A stretch of DNA of 64,000 bases from Azolla caroliniana (lineage: Eukaryota > Plantae > Polypodiophyta). Every line of letters begins with the position of its first letter. Position 1 is the stretch's first letter. The notes under the pieces are model-generated. The model searched no databases, was not told the DNA's origin, and worked only from the letters and a program-made list of their open reading frames with translations. This document shows, piece by piece, positions 40,501 through 54,044 of the stretch. Made by a program: the position numbers and the translations under genes. The stretch covers positions 7,626,001 to 7,690,000 of the forward strand of contig JBHGNT010000001.1 of assembly GCA_043228905.1 (NCBI GenBank), in the 5' to 3' direction.

Positions 40501-41359
40501 ATGTGAATGAAGTTTTTAGCCAATTTTGCTTGTTTGTTATTGACAAAACAATCAATTAAACTATTCAAAGTCAATGCATAAGTTTTTAATAAGATTGTCA
40601 TGACTCATAACTATAGGCAAGTTTTATATAAATATATATATATATATGATATCTAATATGTCAATAACTACTTTCGTCTACAAATGCTCTACACTATATG
40701 AGTTTTTTTATAAAACCAAAAAACAGTTGTTTCCGTATTCCTACCACCCTCACATAACTCAATTGTTTCTCTTCTCTTCTCCCACCTTGTTTACTATTGC
40801 TCTACTCTTCTCATGTGTCGCTTCCCTCCTATTATCATCTATACTTTATTGAGGTAAGCACTTTTGATCTTACAATTTACTCTTCTCCTACTCGATGTCA
40901 TAGGTTGGATATTTGGGACAAATATGCATTATACAAAGACATGGTTTACATGGAGAGCAAAACCCCATGGAGAAGACTAGTCATTATGATTTCAATCCGA
41001 ACTTGATGACGTGTCACATAGATTGATCACTAAAAAATTGTATTCAAATATTTCAACATTAAGGTTCATAATATAGTAGTTGGACTAGATGCAAGGTTCC
41101 TTAGATTTATACCTCTTTAATATAGCAAGATTATTTAGTTTATACCACGTCCATACGACTTCTCGCCTGACTCTTTAAGTTAGTTAAGTGATTTCCTTTG
41201 TATGTATGCATGTCGTGTCACTCTCGTACTTCTAATGCTAACAAAGCCTTTTGTTTCTATCGTGTAACTTGGGTGGGTTTTATCATTTTATTGTCTAATT
41301 TGCAATGTAGTAATATAAGGTTATATTATAGTTTCAATTACCTTTTTAATTACCACATA

Positions 41360-41807
41360 TGTTAGAGCTTAATCCTAATGTAAGCATGAGATAAGGAAAT
41401 AATAGATAGATATAAAGAGAGGAGAGAGAAATAAGGGTATCCACCCGACCACCCCTGAGTGAAGGGATCAATACGGATTCGAGCCTTGATGGCGTCCCAT
41501 ACTATCGCCATGGCATCGAGTCATACCTGGTACTGGCACACTCACTACAAGAGTTTGATCACCATGAGGTTAGAGTCTCGACATAGCCAAAAGATCCCAA
41601 ATGAGGGTAGCTTGGCCTCATATTTATAGCCAGACCTAAGGCCCCAAGGTCAGATCACACTTGGCCTTAATGGGTTGTCTCAATCCCTCGGATTAAAAGT
41701 AATCCTCCCTTCTTTACACTCTCGATTAACTCTCACACTTTATCCATGTGTATAGAATACTACAATACAATCTTACCATGGGATATTATATGGTCATGCC
41801 CGTAACA
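41360..41807 (-). mobile_element. Solo LTR (448 bp)
   Basis: TGTTA...TAACA termini, perfect 5-bp TSD ACATA (41355-59, 41808-12), and a minus-strand TATAAATA at about 41621-41628. Confidence 0.85.
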
Positions 41808-42230
41808 ACATATGTAGAGATTGTTTAGAACTTCAAACTTTTGAGAAATATAGTCTTACATTTTGTTAGGGAGGAAGACTTGCTAGAACAAAATCTGAAT
41901 GTCACAAAATCTTCTTTTGAAGAGTATTTTCCTTGGCTTAGAAATGGATGTAGTAGGAAAATGTGGTATCCTCAACTCCATGTTGACACTTAGTAAGGTA
42001 AGCATTGTTCAACATAAGCACACAACATGGAATGGAAATATGATTAGATACATTATATGCACACAAGCTCGCCAAAACATGCACAATGATTTTGCCATAG
42101 ATGGTTAGACATATGGAAACAAATCGTAAAACTATTAATACAAGTCTATCCACAAAGCAATGTATACATAGGGGGTGGTATCGTGCGTAGTTTTACAAGA
42201 GCAACCAATGTCATATAAAGGAGGATGTTG

Positions 42231-42426
42231 CTAATGTTATTTCTCTGAGCCATAGTGATGGTGCAAAAAACAAGCATACACTTGAATCCACAAATAGCGA
42301 TTGGCAAAATTGAAATATAGCAATTGGTCTAATGTTATTTCTTTGGGACAGGGTGTGGTGCAAAAAACAAACATACCTTGGAATCCAAAAATAGCGATTG
42401 GTAGAATTGAAATATAGCAATTGGCA
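42231..42426. repeat. Tandem duplication, 2 x ~98 bp
   Basis: CTAATGTTATTTCT...AATTGAAATATAGCAATTGG is repeated. Confidence 0.85.
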
Positions 42427-42932
42427 AGTCGTATTACGATTTCGCATATTTGGAAGTCCAAATGTTTTAATTTATAGGCGTATGAGACAAGTGTATATTG
42501 AGTGTCCCCCCTTATGTTTAATTTAGTCTCGTCTTGGTTCTGTTGTGTTCTACTCGTTTGTTTTAATGCAGAGGAAGCTTATGAGACAAATGTATATTTT
42601 ATAGGCGTTTTAAATTGATAAGGTGAAGTGGTTATACTCTACACAACGATGATTATTTAAGCGATAGCTAGAACTTAACCTTGGCTTAACAAACAAGGGT
42701 AATTACCTGTACATACTTAATTCCTTATACAACATTGACAAAATTCTTATTACTAATGTAGTTTCTTTTACAAAAAATAAATACATGATAACCCAACTTT
42801 TTAGAAAGATTAATAGGATTTATTTCGGCACCAAATTGGATTTTGCCCATAACATTTTCCTTTCAATAATTATTCACATTTTCTATATGTTATTCACACA
42901 TACATAAATTCGAACTTTCATACTTCTAACAC

Positions 42933-45400
42933 TGCTAATGAAATGGAAGTAAAGAGTTAATAGAACAAGTGTGGTTTCCTTGACATTTTACAACTTTGGA
43001 TTGTTTTGGGGGCACATGCTTCAATAATAACACAACCTTTATAGTAATAGAATAATGGTTACACGAAATGACAAAGTTCCAATGAAATTAGAAGTAGGAT
43101 ACCATATAAGATCCATTGCATTCAATACCAAAGATATATTCACACATGCTTTCTAGCACTTCATAAGTCAAACTTCCACACTTGCTTTCCAACAAGTGTG
43201 TTCACACACAAAGTATGGTTGAGCTTGATTCTTAACATACCCCTTCAAGCATAACCATTTTATACAATCATTTCTACAACGAGCTTGTATTTCATACTCT
43301 ACTTCTTCACTCCCCCTCAAGATTAGCCAGGTGCCTTTGAAACTTGTCGTAGCTTATTTGCTCATTAGTAAGTATATCCTTTGATTATCAATGTAGATAT
43401 TTTGGAGATTCACATCTCCTCTACTTATGATTTACTAGTGAATGTATTGAATCCTAGTACTGTGTTTCAATGTGCTTTGTTCATGCATGATTCCCTTGTT
43501 GGTTGTTCTTAGCTCCTTTTGATGTATATAGATTTATCTCAGCCAATTTAAGGGAAGGATCTTTTGCCGACCATTGAGTTTCATAACAGGTTTTGGATGT
43601 ATCTTGGCTTCCTTTCCACCTACTTTGTATGTTATAGCCGGCATGACTTTTCTTAACTAATGGACGGATATTCTTTTATGGACAAAAGAAATGCTAAACT
43701 TTGTGCAAATTGTACATTATTGAAGTTGTTATAAAGAATTGGCATTCATTTGATGATGTAGACATTGAAGTCTTTCAAGATATGTTTAAATCACCTGATT
43801 TCACCAACGATAACCACAATGGCACAATATTTTTGACTTTGTGCTTGACAAGGGGACATTAAGTTGATCCTTGACATTAAGTATATCCTTAACAAGCCCA
43901 TGTTGATTGTCAATATGTTGAACTAAGCTACTTGTGAATGTAGTGAATCATGATACTACATGCAATGTGTTTTGTTCACGATAATAAACTTTGCTCCGGT
44001 TTTGTATTATTGAGGTTTTCATAAGGAAACAACACTTGTTTGATGATCTAGAGTCTAGACATTGAAGTCCTTCAAGATCTACTTAAGCCACACAATTTCC
44101 CAAGCGATAGCCATAATACCCCTATATCTTGACTTTTTGCTTGACAAGGCCACATTAGCTTGTTTCGTTATGCTCTTGGAGAAGGAACCACTCCCTCATG
44201 AAAATGTGAAACCCATGTAGATAATCAATATGTTGATCTACCTACCCAATTGTCATTAATATAGCCTTGAAATAAGATTTGAACTATTTTCATAGAATAT
44301 ATCATGATCCTTAGTTCCTTTGAAGTACCAAATTGCTCTTTTGGCATTATCAAGGTGCATAATTTAAAATATTTGCATGAATTAGCTCAAGATTCTAGTA
44401 GTATAGATAAGGTGAGGGAGGCTTATAATTGCATACATCTAGGTGCCAATGATCTGCCTATATTTACCAATGTCATAGATGGCAAAAATTTCGTGAATTC
44501 ATTAAGAAGTTTTCTCATCCATTATTAGACTTGAGGCACTAAATCTACCACTCTGTCTCTTTTTCCACCATACTCTTCAATGTGCAAAAGATATGTGAAC
44601 TCTTCACCCTTTAACCATGTAGGGAAGACCTGCATATGATCATAATGATCATAAATGCCACCTTTATTTGTCAAAAATGTTGACCGCTAAGTAGGTTCTC
44701 TAACATCCAAGTGAATGACATCCAAAATTCCACAACTTACATTTTGTTCTTGTGAAAATGAATGACAATGTTGCTTGCTTACTTCACATAGTCCAAGTAT
44801 TTTCTTTGAAAATTGGGGGTCTCACAATGACTCTGATGTTCTAGAACTTCTATTGGTTGATGTGGCAAATCCACTTGTGATACATTTCAATGTTTTAGAT
44901 GAATTTTTTCCTTATATGTGATGTGTTTTACCTTCTTGCCGTAAAGAATGAACAATCTCTATCCTTGAGGTTTTCAATGAAAGAATGGTAGTTGTTGGAC
45001 CAAACTTTGTGCCTTACTCCACTATATATTCAACAAACACATTTTTTTTTGTGATAGTGGGAGCATGCATTATATTCTTTATGCAATTCCAAGGCCCATT
45101 GTTGTTGATTGAATGAATCGTGTCATCACTCATATATACATTGTTGAGTTAGATCGGGTGTTGACCTAACTTTGTGCCTTACTCCACTATATATTCAACA
45201 AACACATTTTTTTTTGTGATAGTGGGAGCATGCATTATATTCTTTATGCGCTTCCAAGGCCCATTGTTGTTGATTGAATGAATCGTGTCATCACTCATAT
45301 CTACATTGTCGAGTTAGATCGGGTGTTGACCAATCTCGAAACCATGAACCATGACTAGTCATTTTGGTGGACCTTTGAGTTCTATTGTTAACTATATGCA
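42933..45400 (-). mobile_element. Heavily decayed Ty1/Copia retrotransposon
   Basis: Minus-strand PPT TTGAGGGGGAG abuts TG at about 43309. An RNase H HA*TKHI-like segment lies at about 43470 and an integrase-entry GILDVIHLDV-like segment at about 44700-44730. Boundaries are approximate. Confidence 0.65.
45003..45330. repeat. Tandem duplication, 2 x ~165 bp within the Copia remnant
   Basis: AACTTTGTGCCTTACTCCAC...GAGTTAGATCGGGTGTTGACC occurs twice. Confidence 0.88.
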
Positions 45401-45758
45401 AGACATCTCGCATTCTATGCTTTGTTCTAAGGATACACTCAAGAACGAATCCTAGAAGTAGGTTAATAGATGGAGATTGAGACTTTGACATTGTAAAGGG
45501 GATATAGATGTAGTGTTTACAAACCTATATGTCCTCAAATTATGAAAGGGACATGGGTGCAATTTACTTAATGAAGGAGGACAAACCTATATGTCCTTAG
45601 AGTTAAAGCCTCTCTCTCTCAATCATAAGTTGAGAACCTAAACCTTGTCTAATATATAACTTGTAATTATTTCATGATGAACTAACATAAGCTTGGGGTA
45701 GTCGGTGATTTCTTACTCCATTCTTCTATCAAGTGCATGGGAAGTTTAGTAAATCTAA

Positions 45759-46199
45759 CCCGTGATGTGTTGGTGTAATGGTAATGGGGGGACAGTCCAA
45801 TCGCTAGGTTGGAGGTTGGAGTCTCCCCGCACCAACATACATGTGGTACCTAAAAAGGGAGGTTTGTGCCCGTAAGTGGCGATGACGCATATGGTGACGG
45901 TGAAGGGCGGTTTGTGCCCGTAAGTGACGACAACGAAGATGGTGACGGTGTCAACAATGACGGTTTTGACGATGAAGAAGCTAAAATGTAGCATGTCTAC
46001 AAGTTGCATGATGGAACGTGGTGCGAGTCTCATCATATCTCCTAGAGGTCATCTTGTGCATGTATCTCACTCGTACCATTCAATACACCCCCTGATGGAC
46101 TATGTACTGCTAATAAAACATGACTTTGTGTGAGTTGTAGCCTTCGGGCAAGCCAAAGATAAAAAAAAATACTAAAGTAGTATCTCTAAATGGAAAAAA
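45759..46199 (+). mobile_element. tRNA-derived SINE (about 440 bp)
   Basis: 17-bp TSD AAGTTTAGTAAATCTAA (45742-58, 46200-16). tRNA-like head 45764-45834 with A box TGGTGTAATGG, B box GGTTGGAGTCT and a ...CCGCACCA end. Internal 2 x 48 bp repeat and an A-rich tail. Confidence 0.85.
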
Positions 46200-47064
46200 A
46201 AGTTTAGTAAATCTAATATTTTTTAAGTACCAAGTCTTATCTTTTACATGCGAATAATTGATAGAGTGCACTCAAACTTGTTTTTAACATTTAATTTAAT
46301 TGTTAGTAGCTTAAGAGTGATTGACAATTGCTCTCGCCCACCTCGCCCACAAAAGCGAAAATGGTGGCATGTCCTTGCAAAACAACCTCAAAGTGATTCT
46401 TAGGAATAATACTTGAGAAAGGCACGAGCTTTCCAAAAGGGTATTGAAAGAAGTTACAATTATATGTTGTAGGTTAGTGCACCTAATGGAAGTTGTCCTA
46501 TGGGTGTGCCAAGGTGTTCCCCACCCAAATAGCTATAAGATCATATGTATCCGCATAGTAGAACATTTAGTATAGTTACAATATATTATGGAGCTTGTTA
46601 AGTTCGTCAATAGTTATCCCATAGTACTATTATTAATAATAAGTGACTGACTACTAAAGAAGTAATGTGCACTGTGCATTGTGTACACAATAGATAGAGA
46701 TCCAAGGTGTGGGAATATTCCATGTTGTAATACGTGAACAACTGTATTTAATGTTGTATGCTATCCTCTAAATTATTCGTTGAAGACACCTTTGAAATGA
46801 TACTGATTGTAATGGATAAATCCATATGAAGGATTAATATAATCTCTCTCCCTGGTGTCTCGTTTCTACTCTACAGTGTTGGGGGAATGTCGGCCCTCAT
46901 TAATCCACCTCTTCAACAACATAGAATTGTTGTGACAATGTAATTGCACACCATTCCCAAAGTTTAGTGAATATCCTAGTTCCCTTAACGACTTTACTAC
47001 ATTACTTCAAGAGGAATACTTGTATAAGTTTATATGTAATCTATTGAAAATCATTAATTCTACC

Positions 47065-47735
47065 GGTGGGAGCATGGCAACATGGGAACCTTAGCTCTCC
47101 TAATTGTGTAGAGTCCCACATGCAGTAGAATCAATATGACACGCTCTGTGGGATTGCCCAACGTCCCATCGAATATGGTGGGGGATTGGCTGCATGTTGC
47201 AATTATGTCAAGTGCAAGGCTCAATCAAGTGGGGAAATATATGTTGGCTATCATGGCAGGCCGCAATTGGCAGATACGAGCATCAGGAGGAGGGGATGAC
47301 TTTGGTGATAAAAGCACAAGAAGTCCTTTTCTCCTCTAGCGGCGATGTCCACTCCACTCCTCTTAATGACAAATCTCAAGAGGTGTTGGAATTGGTCAAC
47401 CCAATAACTCTTTGGATTCTATGGAAACAACTATGTAGGCGAGTCTTCTCCAACCAAACTACACATCCAACAAGGTTACTGCAAGAGATATGGAGTGAAA
47501 TTGTAGCCACTCTGAAGAGCCAATATGATGGCCTTAAGGGCGGCTTCGAGGGAGTTGAAAGACAATGAATAGCTTTCATCCAACAATGGTCGTCCTCTTC
47601 CTTTCTTGAGTCAGTGGGCATCCACATAAGATGGAACTATCACGTCCCTTCAAGGATTTGTACATAATCGTCTCATTTATAAAATTTTATAACTAATGGA
47701 AGGAGTTTTTTTGGGAAAAAAAAATAAAAAAAAAT
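47065..47735 (+). mobile_element. Decayed L1-type LINE 3' end
   Basis: ESI*HALWDCPTSHRIW (CCHC knuckle remnant), NPITLWILWKQLCRRVF, and an A-rich tail at about 47716-47735. Confidence 0.75.
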
Positions 47736-49179
47736 CATTAATTCTTTGCAAAATGGAATGGAGACAAGAACAAAAGGCTGAAGAAACCCTATAGCAAAAA
47801 GTGACACAAATAAGGTAAATAGAATATATGATCATATTTGTTTGTATGCAATTTCCCATGTAGATATCTAGGTAATATGTGTTTCATTTGTAACACTTCC
47901 TATTCCCATACTTCTAAGAATACAAACTCTTTTCTTGCAAGCATATAAGCTCTAAGCATTGTACATGGGGTGAAGGTCAATCTTGATATTTGAGATGGGA
48001 ATATAAGGGTAAATTTCCCAAAATAGTTTCTAATACTATATTATGTATATATTGACATTACTTAGGAATGCACCTTTTGAAGGTTACCACGAGAATTAGG
48101 ACAGCTTGTTAAAACTTGTCCTTATCTAAACATAATTGAAAGACAATTCTCACCTCTTGGTGGGCAAAATTATCTCATGAAAAGTATGCTTTATGTTTTG
48201 CCCATGCTGTAGAATTCCATTTCGTGGTTTGCAAATTGTAAGAAAAGTAGAAAAATTGTCAATGACTTTAATATGCATGTAAGAGATTTCATCCAAGGAA
48301 TTATCTTGAAAATGTTATTTTCTCGAAAACCGGAAATATGTATTTAAGGATAAACATGGAGCAAAGGACAATAAAACATTTGAATATTAATGAATGTAAA
48401 GATGGACGCATGATGGAAACTACTTGACAAAGGTGACCTCCATTAATTTCATGTCGACAACTTACTTTGCCAATGCCTTACCTAGTCCAATAACTTTACA
48501 ACAATCATGATTATACTTTAGTAAGAATCACTATTGCTATAAGTCACATTCTGAACAACGTGAGAACTTATACTTATTGCATATCAAAGTCAATGTTCAC
48601 TCTTCACGAGGTTACATGGTTGTACGTGCACACTTATTTATGAAATGTATTGCTAGCAAGGTTAAGGAACGAGGGCTTAAGGAGAGATATTTAAGTATGT
48701 ACAAACATATAGTGTTGAAAATAGCAAGTGAAGAATTATGAGTAGTTCAAGTCTTTTTTATGTAAGGCCAATTAATGAGTGATGCTTGGTTGTTAAAAGT
48801 CTATATCCCTAACAATTGAACAAAGATACAATGGGAATATTAATTGCTCTTGTACTAGCTTTGATTTTATTGGACATGTATTTGTTAGTCAATTACATTT
48901 TGAAATTTGTTCTCATGGTCATGACTTGTTGTATGAGAAGACAATGACCAACCAATAACCAATATGTATATGATCCTTCAATATTTAACCCTTCACTATC
49001 ATCCAAGTTTTTTTTTTCAAAACAAAATATCCTTCCATTAGTTTTAAAAAAGGCATATAAACTACAACATACAAAATAATTCCAAACAAACATGTTTTCA
49101 TATGGCATCCTCTCAGCTTCATCAACAAGCATATTCCTTTGTAAGCTTTGCATAATTGGGTATGTGTAGCTAAAAAGAA

Positions 49180-49710
49180 GTCCTTAGTTAAGTCCACACC
49201 TGAAAGCAACTTCTTATACCAAGCATCAGATGCATGTGAATCGTCCCCATTACGCCCAACGTGTAACGAATAATCAGAATCTAGCTCCCAAAGTGAGGGT
49301 TTCCCTTCCATACCTCTCAAGAAAAATATTATTATGACCATAAGATCCACCATATTGTAATGTCAATGCATCTCCCATATTTTGATACATATCCATCAGA
49401 GCATCTGCTATATTGTTGTATGGATCAACCTTGGGAATATCTAACATGCCCAACGAGAATACATGATGACCTAAGACAACCAAAACATACACATATTGAG
49501 CAACATTTTTCTAATCCAAGCAATCAATACACCTTGTTCTGAAAACTCCACGCTGATATCATGGTTCCTTTCTATCCTTGCCATCATTTTGACCCTACTT
49601 TTGTAAAAATTCAATTTGTTTAGTGCTCTTTGGTTCAATCTTTGTTAACTTTGGCAATTCACTTAAGTCAGTCAAAGATTCTCTCAAACCTTTTGCGGGC
49701 AACTTTGGAA
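49180..49710 (-). pseudogene. Intronless fragment of a SAC-domain phosphoinositide phosphatase (SAC1-5/FIG4 type)
   Basis: YQRGVFRTRCIDCLD*KNVAQY (decayed RTNCIDCLDRTNVAQ catalytic motif), ALMDMYQNMGDALTLQYGGS.GHN, then after an internal deletion EGKPSLWELDSDYSLHVG. Confidence 0.85.
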
Positions 49711-50799
49711 ACATAGGAAGTGTGAAAGCATCACATCTCACTAATTTCTTCGAGAACCTACTAAACATTTGATCTATGTGATCATGTGTGTGACAAACTA
49801 GTAAGAAGTTGACCTTAATCTTTTTGAAAATACCCATGTCTACTAACATGCTTAAATAACCAAACACAATCGAGTTCTTGTTTTATCTCGCCGTGTTGTC
49901 TAGTTGCACGCATAGTACTGGCAGGTGTAAACCTTGCCAAGTCTGCAAAACTCTTTGCATGACTGTTACTGTAAGATTAGGGTCGTTGTGGATATTTGGA
50001 TAAGTTAGGAACACTTGAGGCCTTATTGTCTGACAATATAGAAGACAACCTACTAAGTCCATCTGCATTAGGCATTCATCTCCAATATCCTTGGGCAACC
50101 TATGAAAGTGTAGCAAACAAGTTTTCTTTTGATCCATCCCACCTATAATCAAGCACATATACCTTTTCGGTGATTGAAGCGCTTTTTGACGATGGTGCAT
50201 AACTTTAGATCTTTCCAACGCTTGACTTTCTCAATGTTCTTTTAATAAATTATTATAATTGTTTATTTCTTCATCTGTTGTCCCACTCTTTGCCATGCTT
50301 TTTAAACTTGCACATATAGAACAAACAACCATTCGGGCCTTATGGGGTATGATCACATTGTTAAACTTCAATCTCCATAATCGATTAAAATGCCGATATT
50401 GTATGTAAGGTACACTTTCTAATAACATGTCACCCTTATATGCTTGGTACACCTCACAACGAGTGAAGTTATCTGAGAAATGTAATCTTCCAGTGGTGGG
50501 CATAACGTCAGATTGCTTCGAGAAATATATCTCCATCCATTGAACGACATGTTGCCTAATCAGACCCTTACATCCAAAATTTTCTTTATTGTTGAAAGGT
50601 ACCCACAATACCTTTACTAAGCGATGTTGAATTCTCTAGAGCCTCATGTTACCAATGCTATAAGAAATCTTGAAAGCTACTCGACAACCCTTCATACTAA
50701 GTGAAAGGTAATATTCCACATGCAGAGAACTTGAAACTGCCGTGTGGTCCTCAACAAGTTGCATATGTGAAATCAAGAAAGTATCTTCTTCGTCGCCAT
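49710..50799 (-). mobile_element. DUF7869-like (probably Sola-type) DNA transposase pseudogene, 3' part
   Basis: DVMPTTGRLH, VCSICASL, LII(G)GMDQKKT.L.HF, LPVL.VQLDNTAR*NKN, and FLLV(C)HTHDHIDQMFSRFS, with several stops. The family name is from motif recognition only. Confidence 0.7.
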
Positions 50800-51313
50800 T
50801 GTCACGGACACACCAAGCATGCACTAGGACGTAGCACAGATGATGGGGCTACGAGCGATGGATGAATTTGGAGCTAGATGTGACGAGGCTAAGAACTGTA
50901 GATGTTGTGAGCGACATGAAGGCATGAAGATAGAAATAAAGATCAAGGAGACAGAGATGAGACAAAACGAGAATACTAGATTCATGTTTCAATGACTGGT
51001 GTTGAATCCCTTGAAAGGGACCAAGGATGTTACAAGTATTTATACAATTTCCGAGATTGAATATCTCTAGAATATACTCGAGAAATATCTCAAGAATATA
51101 CCCGTTTAGAATATACCACAGAATAATTCTAGAATATACTAACGACTAGAATATTCTCGAATGTACTATACAATAGACTCTACAATATATACAAGTTCAC
51201 AATCCGTGTGGACAATTCACAAGAGTTTTTATATGGTTAATAAAACACAATGTACTATGTGTGTTAAAGGTCAAAGGTTCGAGTCTAGAATGTGACATTA
51301 TCCCCCCTGTTAC

Positions 51314-53585
51314 TGTTACAAAGGTGTTGTATGGTTTTAGGGTTAGGGATGACGATTATGATAGCATAATTATAATGATGGGTGTGATGATGGAGATAAG
51401 CATTGTGGAATGGTGGAGATGGTGAATGGTATGATGGTGAGAGAGATCATGAAGATGTTGACAAGCATTGAGAAGCATTGCGGGGTGGGGGGTGGTGCCT
51501 AGAATGGCACCACCCCCCTCCCAAGGGGGTTCAATGTTAAGGGGAGGGAAGAGAGAGAGGGAGAGAGAGATTGAGAGAGAAATGGTTGTTATTGTATTCA
51601 TTCATTCCCCATAAGGGGTTAAATAGGTACAAAGGGGTAGATCCACAAGGGTGCAAGCACCCTTGGCATTCACACCTAGTCACTTACTCACACCTCTTTG
51701 TATCTACCACACTCACACTTACATTCGCACTCATAATCGTATAAAGTCACACATACATATCCACACATTACATCTTTCACCCTCACTTATCACAATTATC
51801 AATCATCCGTACATCTCGTACGGTAACACAAGATGGCACGCCCGTGGGAGAGTGCCTTGCACGTCGATCCCACATGCCTTGATCATAAATTTTCTTCGAC
51901 CGGAATTTCCATCGGTCCTCTCAACAATTGACTCCCTCGATCGGAGTACTTGACTCAAACATCTTCGTCGGTCAGCGAATCTTCATCGACACAAACATTC
52001 TCATTCTGTCAGCTCACAAACTTTGGTAACATCATTCGGGTCGCCAAAAAGACGTTGTGTGTATGTGTGTTCTTCTTTGTATCTTGTGAATTGTGTGTGG
52101 ATCACGTCCATTTCTTTTAGGTTCATGAGTTTTTAACATTTCGTAGGTGCCCTTTGATTTTTTAAAATTTTGACAATGCCATCATGTTTTTCGAAATTCT
52201 TCGGATGCTCTGGGGTTTTCAAAACTCCTCGAATGCCCCTTATCATTCTCTTTTTACCTCTTTTTCCTTTTCTTGTTTCCTTTCTTTTTCTCTTGCTTCT
52301 GTCGTTTCCCTCCTTTCTATCTGTCTGTCAGATTGTCTCCTTCGATTCCTTCCTTCTTCTTCTTCTTCTTCTTGATTTCTTCTTCTTCAACGTCTCTTTC
52401 TCTGTGTTCTCTAGTATTCTTCTCTCGCGTGCTTCCTTCTTCCATCTTCTTGGTGTTAAACTCTGCTTCTTCTCCTTCTTTTGACATTCTTTTCTTCTTG
52501 TTCTTCTCTTTCTCCTTCTCCTTCTCGTTCTTCGTCCTTGTTCTTCGTTTCTGTCTCCTTTTCATCGCCGCTCCTTTGGCCGCTACTGTTCAGACTTTGG
52601 CTATCCGGTCATTGTCCCGGCTGCCGCTTCGACTGCTGTCTGGCCACTCCAACCGCTCCAGTTTCTCCTGTCCGGTCACTCTCCGGCCTATCCGACCGCT
52701 TGAACTACTGTCAGTCTGTCTCCATCTTCGTCGTTGTCTGGCGTCGTCCGGTCTGGCCGCCTCTGTTCCGGCGCCGTTCAGCCACTCCGACCGGTCTTCG
52801 GTAGGTCTCCGGCCGGCGCTTCTCCAGCCTCTCCTCTGTCGATGTCGTTGTTCTAGCCATTGAACCATCTTAGTCCGGCTCGTTCCGGTCCGTACTGGCC
52901 GGTTTTCTAGCAGTCGGTTCAGCTGCTCCCATCTTTGTTCATCTTCTCTGGCTCTGTGGGCGTCTTCTTGGTTGCTATCTGGTCGTCACTCTTCTTGGCC
53001 GCTGTTCGTTCCAGTTGTTTGTCTGTTTCTTTTCTGTCTCGTATCTCTGTTCCTTCTGGTCGCCTTTCTGTTTTTTTCTTTGGACCCCATCCTTCTCGTT
53101 GCTTTCTCTTCTCTTTTGCAATTAGATCTATGCCAAATAGACCGAAGAAAAACCAACAAAACACACTCGAAAAGACCTTAGCTCGTAGAAAAATCGTGCA
53201 ACAATGAATTTGGCATTTTCATTCCCATTTCTCGTACACTCCCACATGTTGCTTCCATTCCTTGTTAGTTCGTTGCACAATCGTTCCGACAATCAATCAT
53301 CAATCTACCATTTCCTGCTTCTTATGCACATCATGGTCGCCATTTGTTGCACATTGTCGTCAATTCCATTTCTTGCAGATCATCACCATGTAACATTCTT
53401 CATTTTCCTTGCGCACAACATCACCTTGTTGCATTCCTCAATGGCTTTCAACCACCATCACCATTTCCTGCACGTCGTCCATTTGATTTCTTGCATATTT
53501 CGTCGTTGCCATGTCTTTGCCGTGTAGTAGTCTTCGACTTCGTCTTCTTCAAAGGGGGGTCGCCTTAGTGGTCGACAAAAACTGT
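51314..53585 (+). mobile_element. Nested Tat-like Gypsy derivative: LTR 51314-51828, tRNA-Arg-type PBS, non-coding internal region
   Basis: TGTTAC...GTAACA LTR followed by TGGCACGCCCGTGGGA (51834-49). A PPT-like AAAGGGGGG lies at about 53551. No matching second LTR was found. Confidence 0.6.
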
Positions 53586-53964
53586 GTTACTCCTTAGGGC
53601 CAGACAATGGCTTAACACAAGGTGTTTACGGAAGACACTTTACTAAAGGGGTGTTACGGCGAGATAACTTAAGACACAACGATTAATAAGACTTAATTGG
53701 GTATTTAGCAATATGGCATTAGATTGATACACGCGTACGATAGAACAATTAGTACAGAACGGTAATCAACACTTGAAGATAAAACAAGAAGCTCTATTAA
53801 TTATCCGTCAAAGTTTTACATTGTAACCGCGCCTTTATATAGATCACCGGTGCTGAGTACAAAACGGTGCCAACCGACACCTGTTCGGAACCGGTCCGGA
53901 ATAAGGTTTTAAATGGTAATAGTTATGTCGCCTTCCCAAATCGGTCGTCGCCTTAAGGGAATAT
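53585..53964 (-). mobile_element. Possible additional solo LTR fragment
   Basis: Imperfect inverted ends (TGTTACTCCTTAGGGC / GCCTTAAGGGAATA) and a minus-strand TATATAAA at about 53834-53841. No clean TSD. Confidence 0.4.
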
Positions 53965-54044
53965 TGTTAATGAAAGTCTTAGACCACCTCCAAAGTATTT
54001 TGTAAATCGTAGAAAAGGAGTAGCCCTTCCACAACACGAGGTAT

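Noticed and set aside
45764-45834. Functional tRNA gene
   Set aside because: The acceptor and anticodon stems are broken and the B box is mutated. It sits at the head of a TSD-flanked element, so it is a SINE head.
52170-53568. Many overlapping ORFs rich in F/S/L or R/K/E
   Set aside because: Products of low-complexity CT-rich sequence with no recognisable domain.
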